This document shows, in pieces, positions 38,705 to 47,799 of a DNA stretch of 64,000 nt. The notes under the pieces are model-generated. The model saw nothing but the letters and a program-made list of their open reading frames with translations, did not search any database and was not told the origin of the DNA. This DNA is from Mycobacteriales bacterium (GTDB lineage: Bacteria > Actinomycetota > Actinomycetes > JAFAQI01), in assembly GCA_036267875.1 (NCBI GenBank), contig DATAVE010000160.1:5420-69419 (forward strand). The letters run 5' to 3'. Positions within the stretch are counted from its first letter, which is position 1, and every line of letters begins with the position of its first letter. A program made the position numbers and the translations under genes.

Positions 38705-40291
38705 CTAGGCGACGAGTCCGGTTCGTCGTGCTTCGTCGTAGTGGCGGTTGCACCAGTCACGGAAGTTGTCGCCGAAGGCGTGGAGGTTGTCGACCGCGAA
38801 CGCCATTTCTTGATATTGCTCATCGGTGAGTGGCGGTGGTTCGGCAAGTGGCTCGTCGGGGTACGGCGGGTCGGGGTCGAAGTCGGGTAGCCGGTCGAGG
38901 ATCGCGGCGAGCGTGTCGCCCCGCTCATCTTCAGGTGACAAGGGTTCGGGTAACGGGAACCAAGCTGGCTTCTTGGTGTAGGTGTAGCCGAGGTAGCTGG
39001 TCCATTTCTCGGTGCCCTCGGGTCCGACGTCGAGCTTCCACAGCTTCTTGGTCTTCATCTGGTGGTGCATGAGGCAGAGCGGTCCGAGGTTGTCCTCATC
39101 GGTGCGTCCGCTGTCGTGTCGCTCCTTTCGGTGGTCGATCTGGCAGGTGTCGGCAGATCGGCCACAGCCGGGCATTCCGCAGGTGGGGTGCTCGGCTTCG
39201 ACGAGCCGCGCCAGTGCCGCGGAGGGCCGGTAGGCCTTGAGTCCGAGGTCGAGAGCCTTGCCGGTGAGCGGGTCGGTGATGAGTCGGCGCAGGGTGGAGT
39301 CGGCGGCGATGCGCCGGGCGGCCTCAGCGGTGATGGGTCCGTAGCCGACAAGCTCGCCAGGCTGGTCGTTGAGGCCGAGGTAGGTGGCGAGGTCCAGGTT
39401 GAGCCGGGTTTCGACGCGCCTGGCGATTCCAGTCCCGTTGGCCATGGCCGCGCCGCCGTACACGAGGTCATAGAGCGCGTCGAAGCGGCGGACCCCGGCC
39501 GGACGGGCATCGCCGCTGCGGGCCATCGCATCGGCGTGCTGGTTGATGGCGGTCATGATCTGCTGGGCCTTGTCGGCCGGCCCATGCGCGACGAGGCTCG
39601 CCATCCCGTCGTTGTCCGGGTAGAACTGCACGTCTGCTTCGTTCTTCGCCGCGGCTGCCCGTCGCTTGGCGCCCTCCGGGTCGAGCGCAAGAATGAGTTT
39701 GCGGGCGGCTTTCGCGATCTCTGACGGGGTCCACTCCCGGTCGATGGCAAGCGGAATCACCTGGGCGTCGACCGCCACGGTGACGCGGGCGGTGCAGTTG
39801 TGTGTGGCTCGCTCTACCGACTTCAGGTGCGACAGGGTGATGTCGCCGCGGTCGAGGGCTTCCCACGACTTCGGCAGGCAGTCGGCGACCCGCTCGACCA
39901 GCGCGACGTCGGTGATCGCGGTCGAATAAGGGATGTGGGTGGCGCATGCGATCTCCTGCGCGGCGAGCATCCGGGCGTTGCCGAGGGAGAGATCGAGCCT
40001 GCCGTGCAGGCGATGCACCGTGTCCGACGTCGCGATCATCCGGCGGGCGGCCAGGTGGGATTCGAGCTTGCCCCACAGTGCCTGTACTTGCACGGCGAGG
40101 TACGCGTCCATCGGCAGGGCTGTGATCGCTTCGAGCTCGACCATCAGGCCGGCGCCGACCGGCATCTCCTCAGCGACCGCGATCCGCGCAGCGGTGCGAC
40201 CGAAAGCCGACTGCAGCTCGGATCGCATGACTCGAACATACGTTCGAGTCATGCGATCAGTCAAGAGGTGAGACCCGTTTGTTTGCAACAA
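38705..40291 (-). CDS. HNH endonuclease-domain protein of the DUF222 / 13E12-repeat family (mobile-element-like)
   Basis: C-terminal HNH motif CGMPGCGRSADTCQIDHRKERHDSGRTDEDNLGPLCLMHHQMK; DUF222-like N-terminal region. Confidence 0.8.
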   Translation of the reverse strand: MLQTNGSHLLTDRMTRTYVRVMRSELQSAFGRTAARIAVAEEMPVGAGLMVELEAITALPMDAYLAVQVQALWGKLESHLAARRMIATSDTVHRLHGRLDLSLGNARMLAAQEIACATHIPYSTAITDVALVERVADCLPKSWEALDRGDITLSHLKSVERATHNCTARVTVAVDAQVIPLAIDREWTPSEIAKAARKLILALDPEGAKRRAAAAKNEADVQFYPDNDGMASLVAHGPADKAQQIMTAINQHADAMARSGDARPAGVRRFDALYDLVYGGAAMANGTGIARRVETRLNLDLATYLGLNDQPGELVGYGPITAEAARRIAADSTLRRLITDPLTGKALDLGLKAYRPSAALARLVEAEHPTCGMPGCGRSADTCQIDHRKERHDSGRTDEDNLGPLCLMHHQMKTKKLWKLDVGPEGTEKWTSYLGYTYTKKPAWFPLPEPLSPEDERGDTLAAILDRLPDFDPDPPYPDEPLAEPPPLTDEQYQEMAFAVDNLHAFGDNFRDWCNRHYDEARRTGLVA

Positions 40292-40314
40292 AAGCCAGGC
40301 ACTCGGGACGAACG

Positions 40315-41274
40315 CTATGCGGCCGATTGCGATCCTTGCGGCGCGTGGCCGCCCGAACCCGCAGGAGGCCCCTGGTGTCCGCCTCCCGAGCCAGTGCCTT
40401 GTGGCGGGAGCGGGCGGGTTGGTGGAGTGCTGGGCGGCGTGTCGGTGCCGGTTCCCGCGCCGCTGCCGAGGCCACCCTGGCCGGTGAGAGTCGGTGGCGG
40501 TGAGGGGCGCAGACCCCCGTCGGTCGGTTCGGGACTCGCTACGACCGTTGCGGTGCCCGTCCCGTCGCCGTTGCCGGAGCCGTAGCGGATCGGCGTGCCT
40601 GGGCTGGAACCCGATGCGTTCGCCCCAGCGCCACCGGAGCTCGACGAGCTGTTGCCCGAGTTGGCACGTGGTGGCGGCGGAGCTACTCGTCGTTCGAGGG
40701 AGAACAGCTGTGCCCGCAGTGCAGGTCGCTGCTCGGGAGGCGCGAGTGGCAATAGACGGGTGACGTGGACGAGGTCGGCACGCGCCTCGGACACCAGCCG
40801 CTTGCGCGCCGTCGGCGCCGCCTTCTTTGCGTCAGCGATCAGCGCAGTCGCGTGTTGCAGCAGCTGGTGCGACTCGGTAGTAGCGGTCGCGGAGGGCGAG
40901 ACGATCACCGGGTGGGCGCGACTGATCAACACCGTCGCCGCGACGACGACCGCAGCAAGGGCGGTGCCCATTGCCGGAACCAGCACCCGCCACGTCACCC
41001 GCCGGGCTGGCGCGGGCGCCGGCGTAAGGCGAAGCTGCTCGACCGGAATCGGCTGGGTGTCGAGGTCGGCCACGCCGACCGTGAGGTCTACGTCGTACGC
41101 GAAGTCCAGCAATGCGTTGGCGAACGCATCGCCACCGATAGATGTTGCGTCACGCGCGCCCACGGCGGTCAGCAGCGCGTCGGTGTGCGCGAGCTGGCCG
41201 TCGCCTGGCTTCATCGCGCCGAGGCCAAGCCGGCGATGGGTCCATTCGCGGCGGATATTGCCTCCCCTGCTCAT
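40315..41274 (-). CDS. putative membrane anti-sigma factor
   Basis: Directly downstream of the ECF sigma gene and overlapping it (ATGA-type). Single TM segment (LVPAMGTALAAVVVAATVLI). Pro/Gly-rich C-terminus. Confidence 0.5.
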   Translation of the reverse strand: MSRGGNIRREWTHRRLGLGAMKPGDGQLAHTDALLTAVGARDATSIGGDAFANALLDFAYDVDLTVGVADLDTQPIPVEQLRLTPAPAPARRVTWRVLVPAMGTALAAVVVAATVLISRAHPVIVSPSATATTESHQLLQHATALIADAKKAAPTARKRLVSEARADLVHVTRLLPLAPPEQRPALRAQLFSLERRVAPPPPRANSGNSSSSSGGAGANASGSSPGTPIRYGSGNGDGTGTATVVASPEPTDGGLRPSPPPTLTGQGGLGSGAGTGTDTPPSTPPTRPLPPQGTGSGGGHQGPPAGSGGHAPQGSQSAA

Positions 41275-41903
41275 CGCTGCACCTCCTCGGCGTCGGCCTG
41301 CTGGGTATAGAGGCTGCGCAGCTTGGTCACCGCGCGGTGTTGCAGGACATGGACGCTCCCCGGCGAGAGTCCCAGTGCCTGAGCCGTCTCCTTGCCAGAA
41401 AGGCCGACGACGGTACGAAGCAACAGCACCTCACGCTGCGTGCCAGGCAGCTGTCGGAGCAGCCGTTCCATGCGCTTGGTGGAGTCACTCGTCACGGCGC
41501 GCTCTTCCGGCCCGAGGTCGGCGTCGGCAACCGCGAGTACGCCGCGGGTGTCGTCGTCCAGCTCAACTGGCCGGGCGATCGCGCCCTGTCTGACCTGTCG
41601 GCGTACGCCGTCGGTGAGCTTGTTGCGAGCGACCGTGAAGACGAAGCCCCACATCGAGCGGCCGGTCTCGCGCCACTCGGGGACGATCTTCACGACTGCG
41701 AGGCAGACCTCCTGAGCGAGGTCCTCGGCGTCGTCGCGAGACATCCGTTGCGCGCCGGCGTAGCGAACCACCGCCCGGCGTACCTCGCGGAGCAGCTCGT
41801 CGAGCGCTCCGATGTCGCCGATCTTGGCTCGGCCGACCAGCACGTTGAGGCCGTCATCGGCAGCATCGGCTGCCTCGACCCCCTTGCGCGCCACTGGCCC
41901 CAC
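41271..41903 (-). CDS. ECF-type RNA polymerase sigma-70 factor
   Basis: Region 2 (AEDLAQEVCLAVVKIV..., FTVARNKLTD) and region 4 HTH (LSGKETAQALGLSPGSVHVLQHRAVTKLR). Confidence 0.8.
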   Translation of the reverse strand: MGPVARKGVEAADAADDGLNVLVGRAKIGDIGALDELLREVRRAVVRYAGAQRMSRDDAEDLAQEVCLAVVKIVPEWRETGRSMWGFVFTVARNKLTDGVRRQVRQGAIARPVELDDDTRGVLAVADADLGPEERAVTSDSTKRMERLLRQLPGTQREVLLLRTVVGLSGKETAQALGLSPGSVHVLQHRAVTKLRSLYTQQADAEEVQR

Positions 41904-42070
41904 TTCCGGATATCGCTCGAGACTGGCGAAACCGTAACGAGTCCGCCAGCGCGTTGGCTGAACGGAACCTGTGCGATTCCTGGGAATCGCACAGTCCTGT
42001 TACGAGGTCGCTCGCCAGGTCGTTCTGCTCTGCGAACGGCCCTCACTCCCGAACGATGGAAGGACCCCAG

Positions 42071-42688
42071 ATGAAGGCACGACTCTCGACCGGACTGCGC
42101 GTCGCCGCGTGGTCGGCGAGCTCGCTGCTCGTGGTCGGCGCGGCCGCGGGAACCGCGTCCGCTGCTACCCACCACGCGAAGCACGTGAAGAAGCACTCGA
42201 CAGCCAAGGACACGACGACCGGCACTACGCCCACCACCGGGACCGGCACGACCGGTACCGGTACCGCGCGGCCGACTCCGCCGCAGATGCTGCACGGCAC
42301 CGAGACGGTCGAGACCACGGACGGCACGTTCGAGGTCTACGCGAATCAGGTCGGCACGGTTTCTGCGGTCACCGCGACGTCGATCACCGTCGTGAGCGCG
42401 GACAAGTTCTCTGCGACGTACGTCATCGACTCCTCGACCAAGATCGTCAAGAACGGCGCCACCGCGGACGCCACCGGCGTCGCGACCGGCGACACCGTCA
42501 TGGTTCAGGCCGAGCAGGACGACGCGGCGCTCACCGCGATTGGCATCTTCGACGGCAAGCCCACTGCGGGCCAGGGCGGTCAGGGCGGTCCTGGTCAAGG
42601 TGGTCCGGGTGGACCCGGCGGGCACGCCGGTCCGCCGCCCGCGGGTCAGGGCCCGCAAGGCGCGTCCGAGAGCGGCAGCGACAGCTGA
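42071..42688 (+). CDS. secreted Thr/Gly-rich protein of unknown function
   Basis: Start MKARLSTG with a signal peptide. Thr-rich linker and C-terminal GQGGQGGPGQGGPGGPGG low-complexity tail. Confidence 0.45.
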   Translation: MKARLSTGLRVAAWSASSLLVVGAAAGTASAATHHAKHVKKHSTAKDTTTGTTPTTGTGTTGTGTARPTPPQMLHGTETVETTDGTFEVYANQVGTVSAVTATSITVVSADKFSATYVIDSSTKIVKNGATADATGVATGDTVMVQAEQDDAALTAIGIFDGKPTAGQGGQGGPGQGGPGGPGGHAGPPPAGQGPQGASESGSDS

Positions 42689-42704
42689 CGTAGTCCGCTT
42701 GCAA

Positions 42705-42750
42705 GTACGACGAGCCCGTGACCGAGTGGTCGCGGGCTCGTCGTACTTTC
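42705..42750 (+). terminator. rho-independent terminator: 14-bp perfect stem GTACGACGAGCCCG/CGGGCTCGTCGTAC followed by TTTCGG
   Basis: Read directly; lies 17 nt after the stop at 42688. Confidence 0.6.
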
Positions 42751-43092
42751 GGTGGGCCGCATGTCTCGCCTGGTACGACGCTGCTCGGCAATGGCCTTGG
42801 TCGCAACGGTGGTCCTGCCGGTGGCCAATGTGTCGGCCTCGCCTCAGGTCCGGCAGCGCGACGTGCGTCGCGCCAATCTCATCCAGGCATCGACTCGCTG
42901 CCGGACTATTACCCGGGGTTCGTGCGCTGGCAGCTGACGACCGACATCAGATGAACCGACACTTCGGTGGTCCGGGCCGATCCGGGTCACGCGGCGTGGA
43001 GTTCTCCGCCGACTGCATGGCGATCTTGCAGGGCGCGACCTGGACGCACTACACGCACTGCGACAACCCGACCTGGCGTCCCGGCCGGATAG

Positions 43093-44058
43093 CTACGAAC
43101 CGCTCGAGCTGGTGCCTGCCTCCTCCAAAGCCGACAGCGTCGCCGGGTGGATCGGCGGGTGACGAAGCATCTCGCGCCACCGGGCTGCGTCGTACGTGCT
43201 CGCCGGTGTCGAGGTCAGGAACTGCTTGACCACGTTGGCGAACCGATCGGGCTCGTCGTGATGCGGGAAGTGCCCTGAGTTGGCGAAGATCTCCAGGCGG
43301 CTGCCCGGCAAGGCGCGGTGCGCCGCGTGGGCGTGGCGTACCGGAATGATCCGGTCGCGCTCGCCCCACATGATCATCGTCGGCAGCCCGCTCGCGAGGT
43401 AGCAGCGATCGAGCATCGTCACGACCTGGCCGCGCGCGTCGACGCCGGCGCGCAATGTCCGCAAGAAGGCGCTGCGGGCGCGTCCGGACGACAGTCCGTC
43501 GAATCGGCGTACGACGTAGTCGGTGTCCGGGCCCAGCCCGACGCCTGGTGCGTGCCGTACGACCGGGGTCGCGTTACGGATCAGCCAGCGCATCGCCGGC
43601 TGCGTGACGAGTGGCAGTACGAGCTCCGCGCCAGGTGCAGCAGCGGCTCGCAGCAACGGATGGACCGAGCGACCGAGTCCGCCGCTGCCGACGATCACCA
43701 ACCGCTCGCATCGTTCGGGGAACTGGTACGCGAACTGCATCGCGATGCCGCCACCAAGCGAGTGACCGAGGACGCTGACCCGCTCGATGTCGAGCGAAGA
43801 GATGAGGTCGCGCATCCCGCAGGCATAGGCGCCGATCGCGTAGTCGGCGCGCGGCCGATCGGACTCGCCGTGGCCGAGCAGGTCGGGTGCGATGACCGTG
43901 AAGCGGCGGGCCAGCGGCTCGATGACGTCGGCCCAAGTCTCTGAGCTGTCACCAATTCCGTGGAGCAACAGCAGTGGCGGGCCCGAACCGCCGATCCGAT
44001 AGGCGCGGCGGTAGCCATGGATCACGCGCCGCTGCAGCGTGACCTTCTCGGTTGTCAC
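43093..44058 (-). CDS. alpha/beta hydrolase fold protein
   Basis: LLLLHGIGDSSETW and the GHSLGGGIA nucleophile elbow. Confidence 0.75.
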   Translation of the reverse strand: MTTEKVTLQRRVIHGYRRAYRIGGSGPPLLLLHGIGDSSETWADVIEPLARRFTVIAPDLLGHGESDRPRADYAIGAYACGMRDLISSLDIERVSVLGHSLGGGIAMQFAYQFPERCERLVIVGSGGLGRSVHPLLRAAAAPGAELVLPLVTQPAMRWLIRNATPVVRHAPGVGLGPDTDYVVRRFDGLSSGRARSAFLRTLRAGVDARGQVVTMLDRCYLASGLPTMIMWGERDRIIPVRHAHAAHRALPGSRLEIFANSGHFPHHDEPDRFANVVKQFLTSTPASTYDAARWREMLRHPPIHPATLSALEEAGTSSSGS

Positions 44059-44121
44059 AGGTGCAGACCATCGCGCCGTCGTCTCGGCCGTGCGTCCGCG
44101 GTGTGTCGGGCGCGTTTCGGT

Positions 44122-45519
44122 CTAGGTGATCGGCGTCTTGGTGAAGACCCGGCGACCATCCGCCGTGATGACCGAGGCGACGGTGTGGGTCGGACCGTTG
44201 CGGTCGTACACCACTGTGCTGGCCTCTTCCATGCCTGCGGTTGGGTCCTCCGGCGAGCCGACCGGGCGCGCGTCGTGGTCGACCTGGTTGTTGCAGTCGA
44301 TGTAGCGGAACCGCTCCGGCGGCTGCGAGCCGTAGATGCCGAAGGCGTGCTTCGTCGCGCATCCGCCGTTGGCGTGGATCAACCCGTTGCCGCCCTCGCG
44401 AACCAGCGGAACCATCGCCGCGATCGCATGCCCGGAGGAGTTGGCAATCGCCGCGCCGGCGAAGCCAAGGCCGCCCGTCACGGTCAGCGGCCGGTCGAGA
44501 TCGATGCCGAGCTCGGCGGCCGACATCTGCACGATCGACGGGAAGCAGGCGTACAGGTCTATGTGCTCGATCTGCGCGATGTCCAGGCCGGACTCCTCGA
44601 GTGCGGTCTTGCCCGCGGCCGCGAGGGCGGGCACCCCGTGCAGCAGCCGTCGTTGCGCAACCGTCCAGGTCTCGTGGCTCGTCGTACACACCTGGGGGAA
44701 CACCATGCGATCAGCAGCGATGCCCGCGGCTCGTGCGGCGGAGACGCTGCACAGCAGCAGCGCCGAGGCCATGTCGACCTGGTTGTTGGCGACCATGCAC
44801 TTCGTGTACGGAAAGGAGATCATCCGGTTGTCGGGCGTGGCCTCACGAATGGTCGCGGCGTCGTACGGCCGTCGGTCCCATGCGTACGGGTTTGCGACGG
44901 CGATGTCGTTGAAGCGTGACCACAGCGCCGAGATCCGGTCGCGATGCTCGCCGACCGTCGTCGCCATCGCACGTCGCATGCTGTCCTCGAACAACGCGTA
45001 GAACGTGACCGGGCCACCAAGCTCGAGGGTCTCGACCACCACCTCGTCGGGGATGTCGCCGACTCGCTCGGGGATGCCCGTGCCGGGATCGCGGCACCAC
45101 TGCGCCTCTTGGCCGGCGCGCTCCAGTCGCTGCCGGGATGATCGCGCTTCACCGCCGACGATGAGTGCGACGTCGAGCTCGCCGTTGGCGATCCGTTGTG
45201 AGGCGAGTGAGACGAGCTCCTGCGGTGAGGTGCCGCTCAAGAACGTCAGGCAGGTCACGGCATCGGGCGAGCCGATCTGCTGGCCGATCACCTGTCCGGG
45301 GTTCGCGTAGCCCCAGAAGCCGCCGACCACGCCGATCCAGTCGACCTTGGCGAGCAGCGCAGGAACGCCGGTGTCGTCAGCTGCTGCGCGCGCCGCATCG
45401 ACCATGAGCTCGATCGGACCGCGCAGATCCGCAGCGTCCATCGAGGCATCTGGTCGTTGGATCGTCTGGGCGGCGCCAACTATTGCCGGCGTCGCTGCGT
45501 CGACGGGACCCCCGTTCAC
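44122..45519 (-). CDS. thiolase-like family protein
   Basis: Thiolase-fold signatures (CATKHAFGIYG..., GLGFAGAAI) without a clear canonical active-site context. Confidence 0.6.
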   Translation of the reverse strand: MNGGPVDAATPAIVGAAQTIQRPDASMDAADLRGPIELMVDAARAAADDTGVPALLAKVDWIGVVGGFWGYANPGQVIGQQIGSPDAVTCLTFLSGTSPQELVSLASQRIANGELDVALIVGGEARSSRQRLERAGQEAQWCRDPGTGIPERVGDIPDEVVVETLELGGPVTFYALFEDSMRRAMATTVGEHRDRISALWSRFNDIAVANPYAWDRRPYDAATIREATPDNRMISFPYTKCMVANNQVDMASALLLCSVSAARAAGIAADRMVFPQVCTTSHETWTVAQRRLLHGVPALAAAGKTALEESGLDIAQIEHIDLYACFPSIVQMSAAELGIDLDRPLTVTGGLGFAGAAIANSSGHAIAAMVPLVREGGNGLIHANGGCATKHAFGIYGSQPPERFRYIDCNNQVDHDARPVGSPEDPTAGMEEASTVVYDRNGPTHTVASVITADGRRVFTKTPIT

Positions 45520-45719
45520 CTGACAACAGTCTCATTTCGCGTGCCTGCGACTTGATTGCGGTAGGTATGGCCCGAAATGCCCACGTGGAAATGAGACGTA
45601 AGGCTGATGAACCGCGCTGGCTCCTGCACGTCTAATGAGACGTAGGGATCGCTGCGACTCACAGGTAGCTCACAGCGACGGTTAAGGCCAGAATCAGTGG
45701 CCGCGATCAGAGTGGAGAC

Positions 45720-46229
45720 ATGGACGCGACGAGCCGGGCGATTGCCGCCGCGCAACGTGACCGAGTGCGTCGCCGGGTGCGGCGAATCACCGCTGTCACC
45801 GGCGTCGGTGCTGCGCTCGGCACCGGCGCGATCGTGGTTGCGTTGGACGTCCCGGCCGCTAGCTCGGCCGCGGCCGACACCGGTACGACGGTGTCGTCCA
45901 CGACTCCGACGACGACCTCGACGACCTCGACGACACCCCCGCAGTCGCTGACGAGCACCAAGAGCGCCGGCCACGTGCGCCACAAGAAGACGACGCAGAA
46001 GGCGGTCGGGTCCTCGTCGACGCCATCGAGCGCCGGCACGTCGACGACAACGACAGTCACGAGTCCGACGGCGAAGCCGACTCACAAGACGACGACGAGC
46101 ACCCCGACGACTGCCCCGGCGGTTGTTTCCACGCCGACGCCTGTGACGACTACGACGGTCACGACGCCGACCCAGCCGACGTACACCTATCCGCAGCAGC
46201 CGACCGGTGGCACGAGCGGCGGCAGCTGA
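45720..46229 (+). CDS. secreted/membrane Thr-Pro-rich low-complexity protein
   Basis: One hydrophobic segment, then a long TTPTTTSTTSTTPP tract. ATGA-type overlap with the downstream ApbE gene. Confidence 0.4.
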   Translation: MDATSRAIAAAQRDRVRRRVRRITAVTGVGAALGTGAIVVALDVPAASSAAADTGTTVSSTTPTTTSTTSTTPPQSLTSTKSAGHVRHKKTTQKAVGSSSTPSSAGTSTTTTVTSPTAKPTHKTTTSTPTTAPAVVSTPTPVTTTTVTTPTQPTYTYPQQPTGGTSGGS

Positions 46230-47203
46230 TGACCGCTCTGACTCCGACGCGGCGCGACCTGCATCGCGCCTACGCCGCGCAGCACGCCTACGGCATCGCG
46301 GACTGGCCAGCGCTGGGTACGACGGCACAGCTCGTCGTCACCGACGCATCCGCGTTGCACGACGCATGCGCCGCCGTCGAACAGGTGCTGCTCGACATCG
46401 ACCTAGCGGCGAGCAGGTTCCGGCCCGACTCCGAGCTGGCGTTGCTCAACGCTGCGAGCGGTGACTGGGTGCCGGTCAGCCCGCTGCTCGCGTGCGCGCT
46501 GCGGATTGCGATCGACGCTGCCGACTGGACCGACGGATTGGTCGATCCGACGGTCGGCGGCGTCCTCGTCGACCACGGCTATGACAGAACCTTCACGGCG
46601 GTCGCGCCCGATGGTCCGCTGGTGATCGGCATCCGGGACGTGCCAGGCCGGGCTGCGATCGAGCTCGACGAAGACACGGGTCGGGCACGCGTCCGAGACG
46701 GTGCGATGGTCGACCTCGGCGCGACAGCCAAGGCACTGGCCGCCGACCTCGCGTCGACAGCGGCACTCGAGGTCGCCGGTGGTGGCGTGCTGGTCAGCCT
46801 TGGCGGGGACATCGGCGTCGGCGGTGACGCGCCGGACGGTGGTTGGCCGATCACGGTGACCGACCGCAGCGACTTGTCGCTGCCGGCGGACGACGGCACG
46901 ACCGAGTACGTCGCGATCAGCGAGGGCGCGCTCGCCACGTCGAGCACCCGCGCCCGCAGGTGGCGTCGCGGCGGTCACGAGCTGCACCACCTCATCGACC
47001 CGCGTTCCGGTGGCCCGGCCAACGGCCCGTGGCGGACGGTCAGTGTCACGGCGAAGACGTGCACCCTCGCCAACACCGCGTCGACGGCGGCGATCATTGC
47101 TGGGCACGAGGCCGAGGGCTGGCTCAGTGCCCGCGGATTGGCCGCGCGCCTGGTCGCCCATGACGGCGCGGTTGTTCACGTCGGCGACTGGCCCGAATCA
47201 TGA
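46229..47203 (+). CDS. apbE: FAD:protein FMN transferase (ApbE family)
   Basis: ApbE-like layout (GTTAQLVV...; DPTVGG; SLGGDIGV). Overlapping start/stop with its neighbours. Confidence 0.75.
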   Translation: MTALTPTRRDLHRAYAAQHAYGIADWPALGTTAQLVVTDASALHDACAAVEQVLLDIDLAASRFRPDSELALLNAASGDWVPVSPLLACALRIAIDAADWTDGLVDPTVGGVLVDHGYDRTFTAVAPDGPLVIGIRDVPGRAAIELDEDTGRARVRDGAMVDLGATAKALAADLASTAALEVAGGGVLVSLGGDIGVGGDAPDGGWPITVTDRSDLSLPADDGTTEYVAISEGALATSSTRARRWRRGGHELHHLIDPRSGGPANGPWRTVSVTAKTCTLANTASTAAIIAGHEAEGWLSARGLAARLVAHDGAVVHVGDWPES

Positions 47204-47799
47204 CGACCCTGGCCGCATCGTTCACCTCCTCATCGCAGCTCTGGTATCTGACCCGCGCCACCGCGATCGTCGCGTTCGTCCTGATGACGGTTTCGTTCGG
47301 ACTGGGGCTCGCATCTACGCAGCGGCTCCGGGAGATGCGCTACTGGCCGCGGTTCGCGACGCAGCACCTGCACCGAAACGTCGCGCTGCTCGCCCTTGGC
47401 TTCACGCTGCTGCACATCGTGACGACCATGATCGACACCTTCGTCCACGTCGGCTGGTGGTCGGTGGCGGTGCCGTTCGTGTCGCACTACCGAACCCTCG
47501 GGATGGCGATGGGCACGTTGTCCTTCGACGCCGTCGTACTCGTCATCGTGACCAGCCTGCTTCGCGATCGGCTCTCGCTGCGCACCTGGCGGGTCATCCA
47601 CTGGACGACGTACGCGCTCTGGCCGCTTGCGTTCGGGCATTTCCTGCTCACCGGTACCGATGCGGCTCACGGCCGGTGGGGTCTCTACCTCGCGCTCGGC
47701 TCGCTCGGCGTGCTCTCGGTCGCGACTGCCGCGCGCTGGCTGACCAGTGAGCGACGCAACTCACTCACCGCCGTACCTCGCGTGGCAGGCGCTCGATGA
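47200..47799 (+). CDS. ferric-reductase-like transmembrane (heme b-binding, FRD/MsrQ-like) domain protein
   Basis: 199 aa, 5-6 TM segments, with conserved His pairs in the helices (HLHRNVALL...LLHIV; HWTTY...GHFLL). Confidence 0.65.
   Translation: MTTLAASFTSSSQLWYLTRATAIVAFVLMTVSFGLGLASTQRLREMRYWPRFATQHLHRNVALLALGFTLLHIVTTMIDTFVHVGWWSVAVPFVSHYRTLGMAMGTLSFDAVVLVIVTSLLRDRLSLRTWRVIHWTTYALWPLAFGHFLLTGTDAAHGRWGLYLALGSLGVLSVATAARWLTSERRNSLTAVPRVAGAR

Noticed and set aside
38536-38705. Possible tRNA or small RNA in the 170-nt gap after the MCP gene
   Set aside because: No cloverleaf-compatible arms or conserved T-loop (GTTCRA) were found by eye. No other intergenic region looked tRNA-like. tRNAscan was not available to confirm.
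41690-42688. Long ORFs 41690-42658 (-) and 41971-42693 (+) overlapping the Thr/Gly-rich secreted protein gene
   Set aside because: Alternative frames of a low-complexity region. The plus-frame product with a signal peptide (from 42071) is retained, with modest confidence only.
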